The notes under the pieces were generated by a model. It saw nothing but the letters and a program-made list of their open reading frames with translations. It was not told where the DNA came from and searched no databases. 64,000 nucleotides of DNA. It comes from Microgenomates group bacterium GW2011_GWC1_46_15. Lineage in GTDB: Bacteria; Patescibacteriota; Microgenomatia; UBA1400; UBA12028. Both the position numbers and the translations under genes were made by a program. Every line of letters begins with the position of its first letter. Position 1 is the stretch's first letter. Shown in pieces: positions 40,338 to 48,331 of this stretch. The stretch spans positions 30 to 64,029 of the forward strand of contig LCLX01000001.1 in the NCBI GenBank assembly GCA_001002285.1, given 5' to 3'.

Positions 40338-40711
40338 TTAAACAACCCTCCAAGTGCCGTTGCGGGATTTAAGATACTCAATCCGAGCACACCACCCACA
40401 ATCCCAATAATGGCTTGTGAAACAATAACGATAATAAGCCCAATTGCGGCGTTTGTTAACTGTGTGCGCGCTGCCTCAACTTTACCCTTTTCACCGCCAG
40501 CCGAAAGCCACGCGAGACCTCCGAACACAAAGTACATGAGGAACATAAGACCGCCAACGATTGTGAAGAAACCAAGGAGGACGGAGAGAAACTGCTCGAT
40601 GGGTTGGCCGCCGACATTTGCGCCACTGGCATCGAAATTAGGTTGGAAGTTTTCCGCTCCTGGTCCGGTAATGGTTCCTTCAAGTGGATTTTGTGCAAGA
40701 AATGTTTTCAT
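40334..40711 (-). CDS. VirB2/TrbC-like T4SS pilin
   Basis: WLSAGGEKGKVEAARTQLTNAAIG. Confidence 0.82.
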   Translation of the reverse strand: MKTFLAQNPLEGTITGPGAENFQPNFDASGANVGGQPIEQFLSVLLGFFTIVGGLMFLMYFVFGGLAWLSAGGEKGKVEAARTQLTNAAIGLIIVIVSQAIIGIVGGVLGLSILNPATALGGLFK

Positions 40712-40717
40712 ATTAAT

Positions 40718-41140
40718 TTATAAGTATTCGTTTTGTCCCCCACCACCGCCCCCACCTGGTGTTTGAATTGTTTCTTCCGGTCCCTTCAACTGTGGTTTCA
40801 AGAAAAACGTTGGATCCTTAAACAACACCCACCCCATCACCGCCATAATTGCTGGTGCCATAATCATCAACACAATGCCAAGCAAGCTCATGTTTAACTT
40901 GCTTAGTACTTTTTCGTGTGCCTTTGCGTCACCAGAACCAGTTAAGTAAAGATACCCAGCAGTGATAATATTGAATAGTGCGAACAACCCGCCCGATAAC
41001 ACAATAAGCGTAAGCATATTAGAGATAAAAACAATAAGACCGCCGCTTGTCCCATATGCTTTAAGTGCTTCGGGTTGCGTAATTGTTCCAAAAAAAGTTT
41101 CCATTTCACTCGATGTTTGTGCGAGAAATGTTGTTAGCAT
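40718..41140 (-). CDS. VirB2/TrbC-like T4SS pilin
   Basis: YLTGSGDAKAHEKVLSKLNMSLLG between two TM. Confidence 0.75.
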   Translation of the reverse strand: MLTTFLAQTSSEMETFFGTITQPEALKAYGTSGGLIVFISNMLTLIVLSGGLFALFNIITAGYLYLTGSGDAKAHEKVLSKLNMSLLGIVLMIMAPAIMAVMGWVLFKDPTFFLKPQLKGPEETIQTPGGGGGGGQNEYL

Positions 41141-41161
41141 AATAAGTTCTTCTATCGTGCG

Positions 41162-41482
41162 TTAAAACGATAAAATCTGCAACCCCGTTACAATTTGTAT
41201 GATCTGGATGATCCAGTACGACGCAAAGATTACGAGAAATCCAATGACCGCGCCGGTAATCGCCTGTGTTCCTTTTTCAAGTCCTTTTGGATCTCCTCCT
41301 GAGGAAATTATACTGAACCCACCAAACACAAGCAAGGCAAACACAATAAGTCCGGCGGCGATGTACGCGTTGGGCAACAATGTATTAATGAAGGCGGCAG
41401 GAGTTCCAAACGTGTCGGCAACAGTTTGAGTTTTATTGAGAAGAAATTTCTCTTTTAAATTAACTGCAGCCAAGAGATTCAT
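41162..41482 (-). CDS. VirB2/TrbC-like T4SS pilin
   Basis: IISSGGDPKGLEKGTQAITGAVIG. Confidence 0.82.
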   Translation of the reverse strand: MNLLAAVNLKEKFLLNKTQTVADTFGTPAAFINTLLPNAYIAAGLIVFALLVFGGFSIISSGGDPKGLEKGTQAITGAVIGFLVIFASYWIIQIIQIVTGLQILSF

Positions 41483-41514
41483 ACTGATATTGTAGCACAG
41501 GGCAAGTTCGGGAC

Positions 41515-41907
41515 TTACTGCGTAGTTCCCGACCCCGTTGCTGTTTGTCCCGCGGTTGGTGTTGGCGAAGGTGTTGGTGTTGGACTAGGATTGTTTTTTG
41601 CCGCTCCACCGCCCCCGCCGTTGCCATTTTTGCCAACTTCTTCAACTTCTTGCGTCACTGTAAACGACGCTAACTCATCGACACTAAATATTCTTCGCTT
41701 CTTAAGATCTTCAAGCGCCTGCGTGTTAATAATGGGACTCAACGAAAGAATTTGTTGTTTCACATTCGGCGTGAGCGTATTTTTACGCAGTGAAAAATAC
41801 ACGCCCAATCCAATCCATACAACCGCGGCGAGCAAGCCGAACACAAGAATGTACAGCAGATCTTTACGCTTGAGGAGTGATGAAAGTTTTGACGTGTTTG
41901 GGTTCAT
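41515..41907 (-). CDS. single-TM protein downstream of pilO (PilP position)
   Basis: One TM, Pro/Thr tail; follows pilN-pilO. Confidence 0.55.
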   Translation of the reverse strand: MNPNTSKLSSLLKRKDLLYILVFGLLAAVVWIGLGVYFSLRKNTLTPNVKQQILSLSPIINTQALEDLKKRRIFSVDELASFTVTQEVEEVGKNGNGGGGGAAKNNPSPTPTPSPTPTAGQTATGSGTTQ

Positions 41908-41924
41908 ATTTTTGATACCTTTGG

Positions 41925-42674
41925 TTATTTCTTTACTGCCACTGGAGCAACTCCATAGTATGCGGCTCTCAGTGTTGCCTTTGCTTGCAGGAGAGGGTTG
42001 GTTTGAACGACTGCCGCTCCGCGCGCGGTTTGCTGATCTTGTTGATTAATAATGAGCGTATCTACGGTTAAGTATCGGTCAGCGGAAAGAAGTGCTTGAA
42101 AAAAGTCATGAATGTCTAAGTAGGAACCTTTAACCGAAATAGTGAGAAGGAATGCGGTAACGGCATTTTGTTGGGGCACCGCGGGGGTTGCTGACGAAGT
42201 TTTTGCTGCTGGTTTTTGCCCAGGTTGTGCCGATTGTTCTGGGGTTTGACCGTCAGGAGTTGTTTCGCGCGGAACGCTACTGGTTTGAACGCTGGAAAGC
42301 ACAACGTTGTGTTCTGATGCAATTTTTTCAATCCGGCGAAGTAACCCATCAATATCCGGTGTATTTGGAAGAGCAAGATCAAGCAGCGCTAAATCTTTTT
42401 GAAGCGCGAGTACCTCATTGCTTGTGGTGGAAAGCGCGGCGATTTTCTTTGTGAGCGCCTGGTCGGTCGTCTTTCTATCAGCAATATCTTTGAGCAATTG
42501 AGACATTGTGGTCAGCGTTGGCCCGATGGCGGCGAGCGCTAAAAACATAACCGCCACGATGGTAATAATGAGTTCAGTGGAAACTTTCGCGATGGGTTTT
42601 TGGTAGAACTTTTGCAGTTCCTGCATCGAGCGGTTACGGATCATGCTGAAGGTGACGCGGATTGGTGTGCTCAT
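41925..42674 (-). CDS. pilO: type IV pilus assembly protein PilO-like
   Basis: TM, coiled coil, LALPNTPD, ISVKGSY...FFQAL...RYLTV. Confidence 0.75.
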   Translation of the reverse strand: MSTPIRVTFSMIRNRSMQELQKFYQKPIAKVSTELIITIVAVMFLALAAIGPTLTTMSQLLKDIADRKTTDQALTKKIAALSTTSNEVLALQKDLALLDLALPNTPDIDGLLRRIEKIASEHNVVLSSVQTSSVPRETTPDGQTPEQSAQPGQKPAAKTSSATPAVPQQNAVTAFLLTISVKGSYLDIHDFFQALLSADRYLTVDTLIINQQDQQTARGAAVVQTNPLLQAKATLRAAYYGVAPVAVKK

Positions 42675-42691
42675 AATTTTTACATAGCGCT

Positions 42692-43240
42692 TTATTTTGC
42701 CAGCGCGATCCTCATCGTAAACTCAAATCCCGCTAGCCCCTGGTCCGAGCTTTTTACTTGATCAACAACGAGACCTTTTACAAGTGATTTTCTCTGTAAA
42801 TTTACGATAAAGATCGCCAAATCTTTAGATGACGGCGCTGTTCCCACAACCTGCACTTGTTGGTCATGGAGTTGTGTAACAGAAAGAACAACATTTGGAG
42901 GAATAAGTGTGGAAACAACGTCAAGAATGTCCAGCGGTGTGAGTAGCGCTTTTTGCTGGGTCAAAAACTCTGTTTTCTTTTGAATTGTTCGTATATCGTT
43001 TTCGAGTGATCCATACGAGCTGATGAGGTTAGATTTTTGAGTAATGCCAGAATTGAGATCGGTGAGATCGCGGTCCAGTTTAAACCGCGTCGCAAAGCTG
43101 ATAATCACGACGAGTTCAGTAAAAACCACGAGGTATCGCCCAATGTTTGATGCCCACAGCAACATCCGTCCAAGCGCCGTTTCGTAAAACGGGTCCTGCG
43201 GCATAAGATTAATAGAAAGTGGGCGAGGCTTTGTTGTCAT
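42692..43240 (-). CDS. pilN: type IV pilus assembly protein PilN-like
   Basis: INLMP motif, TM, coiled coil, IPPNVVL, VVGTA; start moved to ATG 43240. Confidence 0.75.
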   Translation of the reverse strand: MTTKPRPLSINLMPQDPFYETALGRMLLWASNIGRYLVVFTELVVIISFATRFKLDRDLTDLNSGITQKSNLISSYGSLENDIRTIQKKTEFLTQQKALLTPLDILDVVSTLIPPNVVLSVTQLHDQQVQVVGTAPSSKDLAIFIVNLQRKSLVKGLVVDQVKSSDQGLAGFEFTMRIALAK

Positions 43241-43296
43241 GGTGTTGGTGTACGATGGGAGTACAATACAGGCTGTCCATTTCGTACGGAAAAAGT

Positions 43297-43839
43297 ATGA
43301 CAGAAAACACACTGATCTTCCAGCTGAAAAAGGGGAGCGCGCAGGCGGTGGAACGGTGGTACGCGGAGTACTCCAAACGACTATTCCGTTTTGTTGTGTT
43401 AAAAGTGTCAAATACACACGATGCCGAGGAGATTTGCCATGATACGTTTTTATCCTGCCTAGAAAGTCTGCCGGTGTTCCGCGAAAACTCCTCATTGTGG
43501 ACGTGGATGTGTTCGGTCGCGCGGCACGAAATTGCTGATTACTTCCGCAAGCGCTACGCAAAAAAATTGTTACGCATGGTGCCGTTTAGCGATGCGGTGT
43601 TGCCCGAAAGTTATCTTGATATGCATGAAACATCAGATGCAGTGCGCGCCGTTTTACATGCTTTGCCGATCCGTGACCGCGAACTTCTCATCTTGAAGTA
43701 TATTGATCGGTTGAGTGTGCAGAACATTGCCAGCAAGCTAAATATGAAGTTTAAGGCTGTTGAGTCGGCGTTGTTCCGCGCGCGCAAGGCGTTTCAGGCG
43801 GTATATGCGCAGCAAGAAGAAAACGTTGAGGAAAAGTAA
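43297..43839 (+). CDS. ECF-type RNA polymerase sigma factor
   Basis: DAEEICHDTF, WTWMCSVARHEIADYFRK, AVESALFRARK. Confidence 0.9.
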   Translation: MTENTLIFQLKKGSAQAVERWYAEYSKRLFRFVVLKVSNTHDAEEICHDTFLSCLESLPVFRENSSLWTWMCSVARHEIADYFRKRYAKKLLRMVPFSDAVLPESYLDMHETSDAVRAVLHALPIRDRELLILKYIDRLSVQNIASKLNMKFKAVESALFRARKAFQAVYAQQEENVEEK

Positions 43840-43841
43840 AC

Positions 43842-44081
43842 ATGAAATCACACGATAAAACATTTATTCAGGCGATGCAAAATATCGCAAAAGAACAGAA
43901 GGTTTTGATGGAGACTTCACCGTTTCCGCAGTGGTTTGGGCCGGTTAATGCGCTGGTATTAAACCATGCGCTGGTTACGATTGTGGCATTATCGCTTGGA
44001 GTAAGTATGGTTATTTTTGTTCTGTATTTCCGATTTTTCTTTGCATTGGCGGTAGGAATGGCAGGAGGTCTAGGACTATGA
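43842..44081 (+). CDS. small membrane protein (possible anti-sigma partner)
   Basis: Directly follows the ECF sigma; C-terminal TM. Confidence 0.55.
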   Translation: MKSHDKTFIQAMQNIAKEQKVLMETSPFPQWFGPVNALVLNHALVTIVALSLGVSMVIFVLYFRFFFALAVGMAGGLGL

Positions 44082-44395
44082 AAATCAAATTTGTTTCATG
44101 GTCCATGGGATACAGTGTTTTTCAGGTCGTGCAAGGATTGTTGATTCACCCATACCAAACGATGCGGCAAGTGGTCCGCGAGCGCGTTTTTATTTGGTTG
44201 AGTTTCTCGCCCGTTTTTTTGTGGATTTTTGGTCTGGCGATTTGGAGGATTCTTGAGGTGTTACTCCTTCGCGTCATTCCGTATCCCAATGGCTGGATGT
44301 TTTTGGCGCTGTGGTTCACCACGGCGATTGGGATGTACCAGGTATTGCTGGCCTATTTGTTGGTGCGCTTTCTCTCGGTGGCCAGGCCTGAATGA
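44078..44395 (+). CDS. small membrane protein
   Basis: Two TM; overlaps the previous stop (ATGA). Confidence 0.6.
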   Translation: MKIKFVSWSMGYSVFQVVQGLLIHPYQTMRQVVRERVFIWLSFSPVFLWIFGLAIWRILEVLLLRVIPYPNGWMFLALWFTTAIGMYQVLLAYLLVRFLSVARPE

Positions 44396-44424
44396 TTTTA
44401 TCCCCCTTTTGCGACTAACGGTGC

Positions 44425-44754
44425 ATGCCTCCGCAAACAGAACATCTTACACCAGAAGAAGTGGATGTATTGATTGAGGACTCGATTACGCACTATCCTA
44501 CCCCTGGTACAGGAGCTGGAGGTGGAACGAGTTCAAGTATTCCAATGTGGCATCGGACAAATTGGGAGCGATTACATCTCCCAGGCATGAAGTTCTGTCC
44601 AACGTGTCAGGAAAAAGGAGAAAATCCTTTTCGATTAGGAACACGGCGATGTTGTCAGATTTGCGGGACAGTACTAGAATCTCAGCCACCACAGGAAAGC
44701 CAAGCAGTAATGTTGAGCGCGCCCATAATGCGGGCGCTTGTATCGAAAGAATAA
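44425..44754 (+). CDS. hypothetical protein with Zn-ribbon motif
   Basis: CPTC...CQICG. Confidence 0.5.
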   Translation: MPPQTEHLTPEEVDVLIEDSITHYPTPGTGAGGGTSSSIPMWHRTNWERLHLPGMKFCPTCQEKGENPFRLGTRRCCQICGTVLESQPPQESQAVMLSAPIMRALVSKE

Positions 44755-44757
44755 TAT

Positions 44758-45300
44758 ATGGCGACACACCTCATTCTTGTTGATAAAAACGACAATCAGG
44801 TAGGGGCGACTGATGTTTTGGATGCCCACCGTGGTGATGCAAAGCGTCATCGAGCCATTTCCGTGTTTTTATTCAACGAAAAAGGCGAACTTCTCATGCA
44901 ACAGCGAAGCGCAAAAAAAATTGTCGGCGCGCTCCAATGGGCAAATGCGTGTTGTGGAAATGTTCACGATGGAGAAACACGCGAAGCATGTGCACACTGC
45001 CGATTAAAAGAAGAGTTGGGAATCACCGATGTTGTTTTGAAGCCATTGTGCACATTTGAGTATCATGTTCAGTGCAATCCAAAGTTCAGCGAGTGGGAAA
45101 TAGACCAAGTGTTTGTCGGGGAGTATGATGGTGCAGTTCAACCGAATCCAGATGAAGTAAAAGCATACGCGTTTATGAAGATCGCGGATATTGAACGCCA
45201 AACAAAGTCGAAAAAAGAAATGTACACGCCGTGGTTCCACATCTTTCTGAAAAACAAAAACGTACACGATGAAATACAAAGGAGGGCGTATGCCAAATAG
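44758..45300 (+). CDS. idi: isopentenyl-diphosphate delta-isomerase, type 1
   Basis: HRAISVFLFN, QQRSAKK, WANACCG, EWEID, PNPDEV, YTPWF. Confidence 0.92.
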   Translation: MATHLILVDKNDNQVGATDVLDAHRGDAKRHRAISVFLFNEKGELLMQQRSAKKIVGALQWANACCGNVHDGETREACAHCRLKEELGITDVVLKPLCTFEYHVQCNPKFSEWEIDQVFVGEYDGAVQPNPDEVKAYAFMKIADIERQTKSKKEMYTPWFHIFLKNKNVHDEIQRRAYAK

Positions 45301-45559
45301 TGAAGGTGTAAAAATATATGTGTCGATGCGCGGGTTATTGGATAATGATGTACAGCGCGTGTTAACATTTCTCGCGCCGGATGAGTCGCAAAGAATCATG
45401 CACCTCGTTGGCGGCGAAGATGGATATACATATGAGCTTGTCAGCGGAGAAGGGGAGACAGAAACAGATTTACAACGGGCGGTTGAAGATTGTTTGAATC
45501 GTTTTTCCGGAGTTTCTTATACATTTATCGCAAAACTCGTACAAGAATTTGCGTTTTAA
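45290..45559 (+). CDS. hypothetical protein
   Basis: GGAGG SD; overlaps the idi stop. Confidence 0.5.
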   Translation: MPNSEGVKIYVSMRGLLDNDVQRVLTFLAPDESQRIMHLVGGEDGYTYELVSGEGETETDLQRAVEDCLNRFSGVSYTFIAKLVQEFAF

Positions 45560-45575
45560 GCGTCATACTCTATGT

Positions 45576-46379
45576 ATGAAAAAGAAAAACGTTGTTCTCA
45601 TCAAACTCGGCGGCTCTATTATCACCAACAAAGATATTCCCATGTCGTTACGGCAGGACGCATTAGATAGATTAGTGCATGAAATTGTCCGCGCACGCCA
45701 AGAGCAAAAAGACACATTGTTCGTCGTTGGCCACGGCCAGGGGAGTTTTGCCCACGTGCCGGCGGTGAAGTATCAAACAATGCAGGGATTTGTGAACGAT
45801 GAAAGCCCAATGGGTATGGCGATTGTTCAGGACTCTGCGGCTCAACTCAACCGCATCGTTGTCCGCGCGTTTCTTCAGCAAGGAGTCCCCGCGGTGTCGT
45901 TATACCCAAGCAATAGCCTGGTTACGAACGCGCGCAAACCAGTAGCATACTTTACCGATGTATTCGAGCAGTATCTCCGCCTAGGAATGTTTCCTGTAAC
46001 GGGCGGTGACGTGATTGCAGATGAAAAACAAGGGTGCACGATTTGGTCCACAGAGGAAGTGTTGTCATTTTTTGCTCAGCAGTTTGTTAAAAAAGGATGG
46101 CACATTACAGGTATTTTTCATATTGTTGAAGTTGATGGCGTGTATGATCTCAACAAGCGCCTGGTTTCAAGGATCACGTACAAAAATTGGCCAAAAATAA
46201 AACAGGCGATTACCTGTACAAAGGGATTTGATGTGACCGGCGGAATGGGATTAAAGGTTGAGGAGTCATTGGCACTCGCAAAACTCGGGATTCCATCAAA
46301 TATTCTTTCGGGACTTGTAAAAGACAATGTGTACAACGCTTTGGTTGGAAAACAGTGGAAAGGGACAGAAATCCTCTAG
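45576..46379 (+). CDS. isopentenyl phosphate kinase (amino-acid kinase family)
   Basis: KLGGSIITNK, HGQGSFAH, GDVIAD, DVTGGMGLKV; lies between idi and uppS. Confidence 0.82.
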   Translation: MKKKNVVLIKLGGSIITNKDIPMSLRQDALDRLVHEIVRARQEQKDTLFVVGHGQGSFAHVPAVKYQTMQGFVNDESPMGMAIVQDSAAQLNRIVVRAFLQQGVPAVSLYPSNSLVTNARKPVAYFTDVFEQYLRLGMFPVTGGDVIADEKQGCTIWSTEEVLSFFAQQFVKKGWHITGIFHIVEVDGVYDLNKRLVSRITYKNWPKIKQAITCTKGFDVTGGMGLKVEESLALAKLGIPSNILSGLVKDNVYNALVGKQWKGTEIL

Positions 46380-46401
46380 AGATTCTGGTACAATACTGCC
46401 T

Positions 46402-47106
46402 ATGAACGCCTCGAAAAACACCATAAAACACATCGCCATCATCATGGATGGCAACCGCAGATGGGCAAAAAAACAGGGGTTGGGTGCAATCAATGGTCAC
46501 CAGCATGTTGTAGATAATATTATCGAGCCACTCGTTGATCGGTGCATCGAACTCGGGATCAAATACCTCACGTTTTGGGCGTTCAGCACAGAAAACTGGG
46601 AGCGCGACAAAATGGAGCTGGAAGGCATGATGCAGTTGTTTCGCCACGCATTTGAGCGGAAAGTTGAAGATCTGCATAAAAAAGGAGTACGGCTGCAGAT
46701 TTTAGGTGAAATTGATAAGTTTCCAAAAGACATTGCGGAGCAGGCGAGGCGGTGGGTAGAGATTTCTAAAAACAACACAAATATTACTGCGAGTTTTGCG
46801 CTCAACTATGGTGGCCGCGACGAAATCACGCGCGCGATCAAAAAGATGGTGCAGCTCAATCCAAGTTTAGTTGCTAATCAAGTGACCGAACAAAAAATTC
46901 AGTCATATCTTGATACCACTGATATGCCTGATCCCGACTTAATTATCCGCCCCGGTGGCCAACTCCGGCTTTCCGGATTTATGCCATGGCAGGGAGTGTA
47001 TAGCGAGTTGTACTTCACTGATGTGTTGATGCCTGAGTTTACCGTTGCGGAGTTAGACAAAGCATTAGCTGATTTTACCGCGCGCCAAAGACGGTTTGGA
47101 AAATAA
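46402..47106 (+). CDS. uppS: undecaprenyl diphosphate synthase
   Basis: HIAIIMDGNRRWA, AFSTENWER, NYGGRDEI, DPDLIIRPGG, RRFG. Confidence 0.96.
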   Translation: MNASKNTIKHIAIIMDGNRRWAKKQGLGAINGHQHVVDNIIEPLVDRCIELGIKYLTFWAFSTENWERDKMELEGMMQLFRHAFERKVEDLHKKGVRLQILGEIDKFPKDIAEQARRWVEISKNNTNITASFALNYGGRDEITRAIKKMVQLNPSLVANQVTEQKIQSYLDTTDMPDPDLIIRPGGQLRLSGFMPWQGVYSELYFTDVLMPEFTVAELDKALADFTARQRRFGK

Positions 47107-47139
47107 CACCAGGCGTTTTGAGTTTCTCCAAGCAGATAT

Positions 47140-47502
47140 TTACCCAAGAATGGTAATGCCGAACACAATTTGAAGAAGTTGTGCAATCCAGTACGATGCG
47201 AAAAGAAGAACAAATCCGATGACCGCTGCCGTCATGCGCTGCTTTCCCGCTTCTTGTGATTTTGGTTCCGCTGCACCAGTGAGCATTTCGAACCCACCCC
47301 AAATGAACATGAGAAAAAGGATAATCCCGCCAAAAGTGAGAAGGTACGGAAGGAGCGCAGAAAGAATGCCGCCGGGGGTATCAAGACCTTCCTTGAGGCC
47401 AATCGCGCCTTCGATGGTAGACATAATTTCGGAAGTTGCTCCGCCAGAACTTCTCCCAAAAGGATTTGCCCCGCCATTTTGTGCAAGAAGCATACCAATC
47501 AT
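47140..47502 (-). CDS. VirB2/TrbC-like T4SS pilin
   Basis: LLAQ leader; GGFEMLTGAAEPKSQEAGKQRMTAAVIG. Confidence 0.78.
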   Translation of the reverse strand: MIGMLLAQNGGANPFGRSSGGATSEIMSTIEGAIGLKEGLDTPGGILSALLPYLLTFGGIILFLMFIWGGFEMLTGAAEPKSQEAGKQRMTAAVIGFVLLFASYWIAQLLQIVFGITILG

Positions 47503-47512
47503 ATGACGACCC

Positions 47513-48268
47513 TCAAAATCCTGGGATCTGCAACACCGTGATCCCTATTGTTTTTAATAGTACCATCGAAAAGATGATGAAGAGTAACCCGCTTACCGCC
47601 GCGGTAATTTTATTCTTCGCTTCTTCCGTCGCTTTTGGGTCACCTTTGCTTGTTGTAAGTTGAAAAGCGGCCGCCAACGTCTTGAGGAGTACGATGCCCC
47701 CGCCCATGCTAAGTGCGAGGCGGACAAAGGCGGTGAGGATTCCATTTGAGTCTGTTGGAATGCAACCGATCGCGGTCCAAACACCATCTTTATTTGAACA
47801 ATTTTCACACTGGATTCTTGCAGTATCGTCGGAAACCCGGGCACAGAGTTTAAAAGAGGGGGTATTCCATGTCAATGGATCTTCGGTTTTGTATAGACAC
47901 ACAAAAGATCCATCTGCCGTTTCTTTTGGGATTGTATTTGCGTCACGACAGTGCTGGCTTCGGAGTCTTGTGACTTCATACCTAAAACACGCTGGTTGTC
48001 CGTGCTCACCGCAATCCGGATTTGGAGAGCATGTACATACCCCGATTGCGCCAACTCCGAGACATATTTTTGTGTCTGGTATTTCTGTTGGATCTGTACA
48101 TATGGCAACACACCCAAATGGTCCGCAGTTCGGGAGACCTGATAATCCACAAATATTAACGCCGAGACATGAAGACGCTTCTACTGGGGAGAGGTGACCT
48201 GAACGGAGGAAAAGTAGAGATGTTGCGAACATGGAAACGACAAACAAAATAAATGTATTCACTTTCAT
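47513..48268 (-). CDS. pilin-domain protein with Cys-rich N-terminal extension
   Basis: Signal peptide, 16 Cys, WTAIGCIP, TSKGDPKATEEAKNKITAAVSG. Confidence 0.78.
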   Translation of the reverse strand: MKVNTFILFVVSMFATSLLFLRSGHLSPVEASSCLGVNICGLSGLPNCGPFGCVAICTDPTEIPDTKICLGVGAIGVCTCSPNPDCGEHGQPACFRYEVTRLRSQHCRDANTIPKETADGSFVCLYKTEDPLTWNTPSFKLCARVSDDTARIQCENCSNKDGVWTAIGCIPTDSNGILTAFVRLALSMGGGIVLLKTLAAAFQLTTSKGDPKATEEAKNKITAAVSGLLFIIFSMVLLKTIGITVLQIPGF

Positions 48269-48331
48269 ACTTTTCGTATTTTACAATGAAAAAGACAGAC
48301 ATACTACAAGATATTATGTTACCCTTACTTT

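Noticed and set aside
41540-41625. Short repeats encoding PTPTPSPTPT and poly-Gly (also Gln/Pro/His tracts near 2050 and 50230)
   Set aside because: Low-complexity coding linkers, not independent DNA elements
16360-48268. Integrative conjugative element or prophage
   Set aside because: No integrase, relaxase, phage structural genes or flanking direct repeats; housekeeping genes are interspersed
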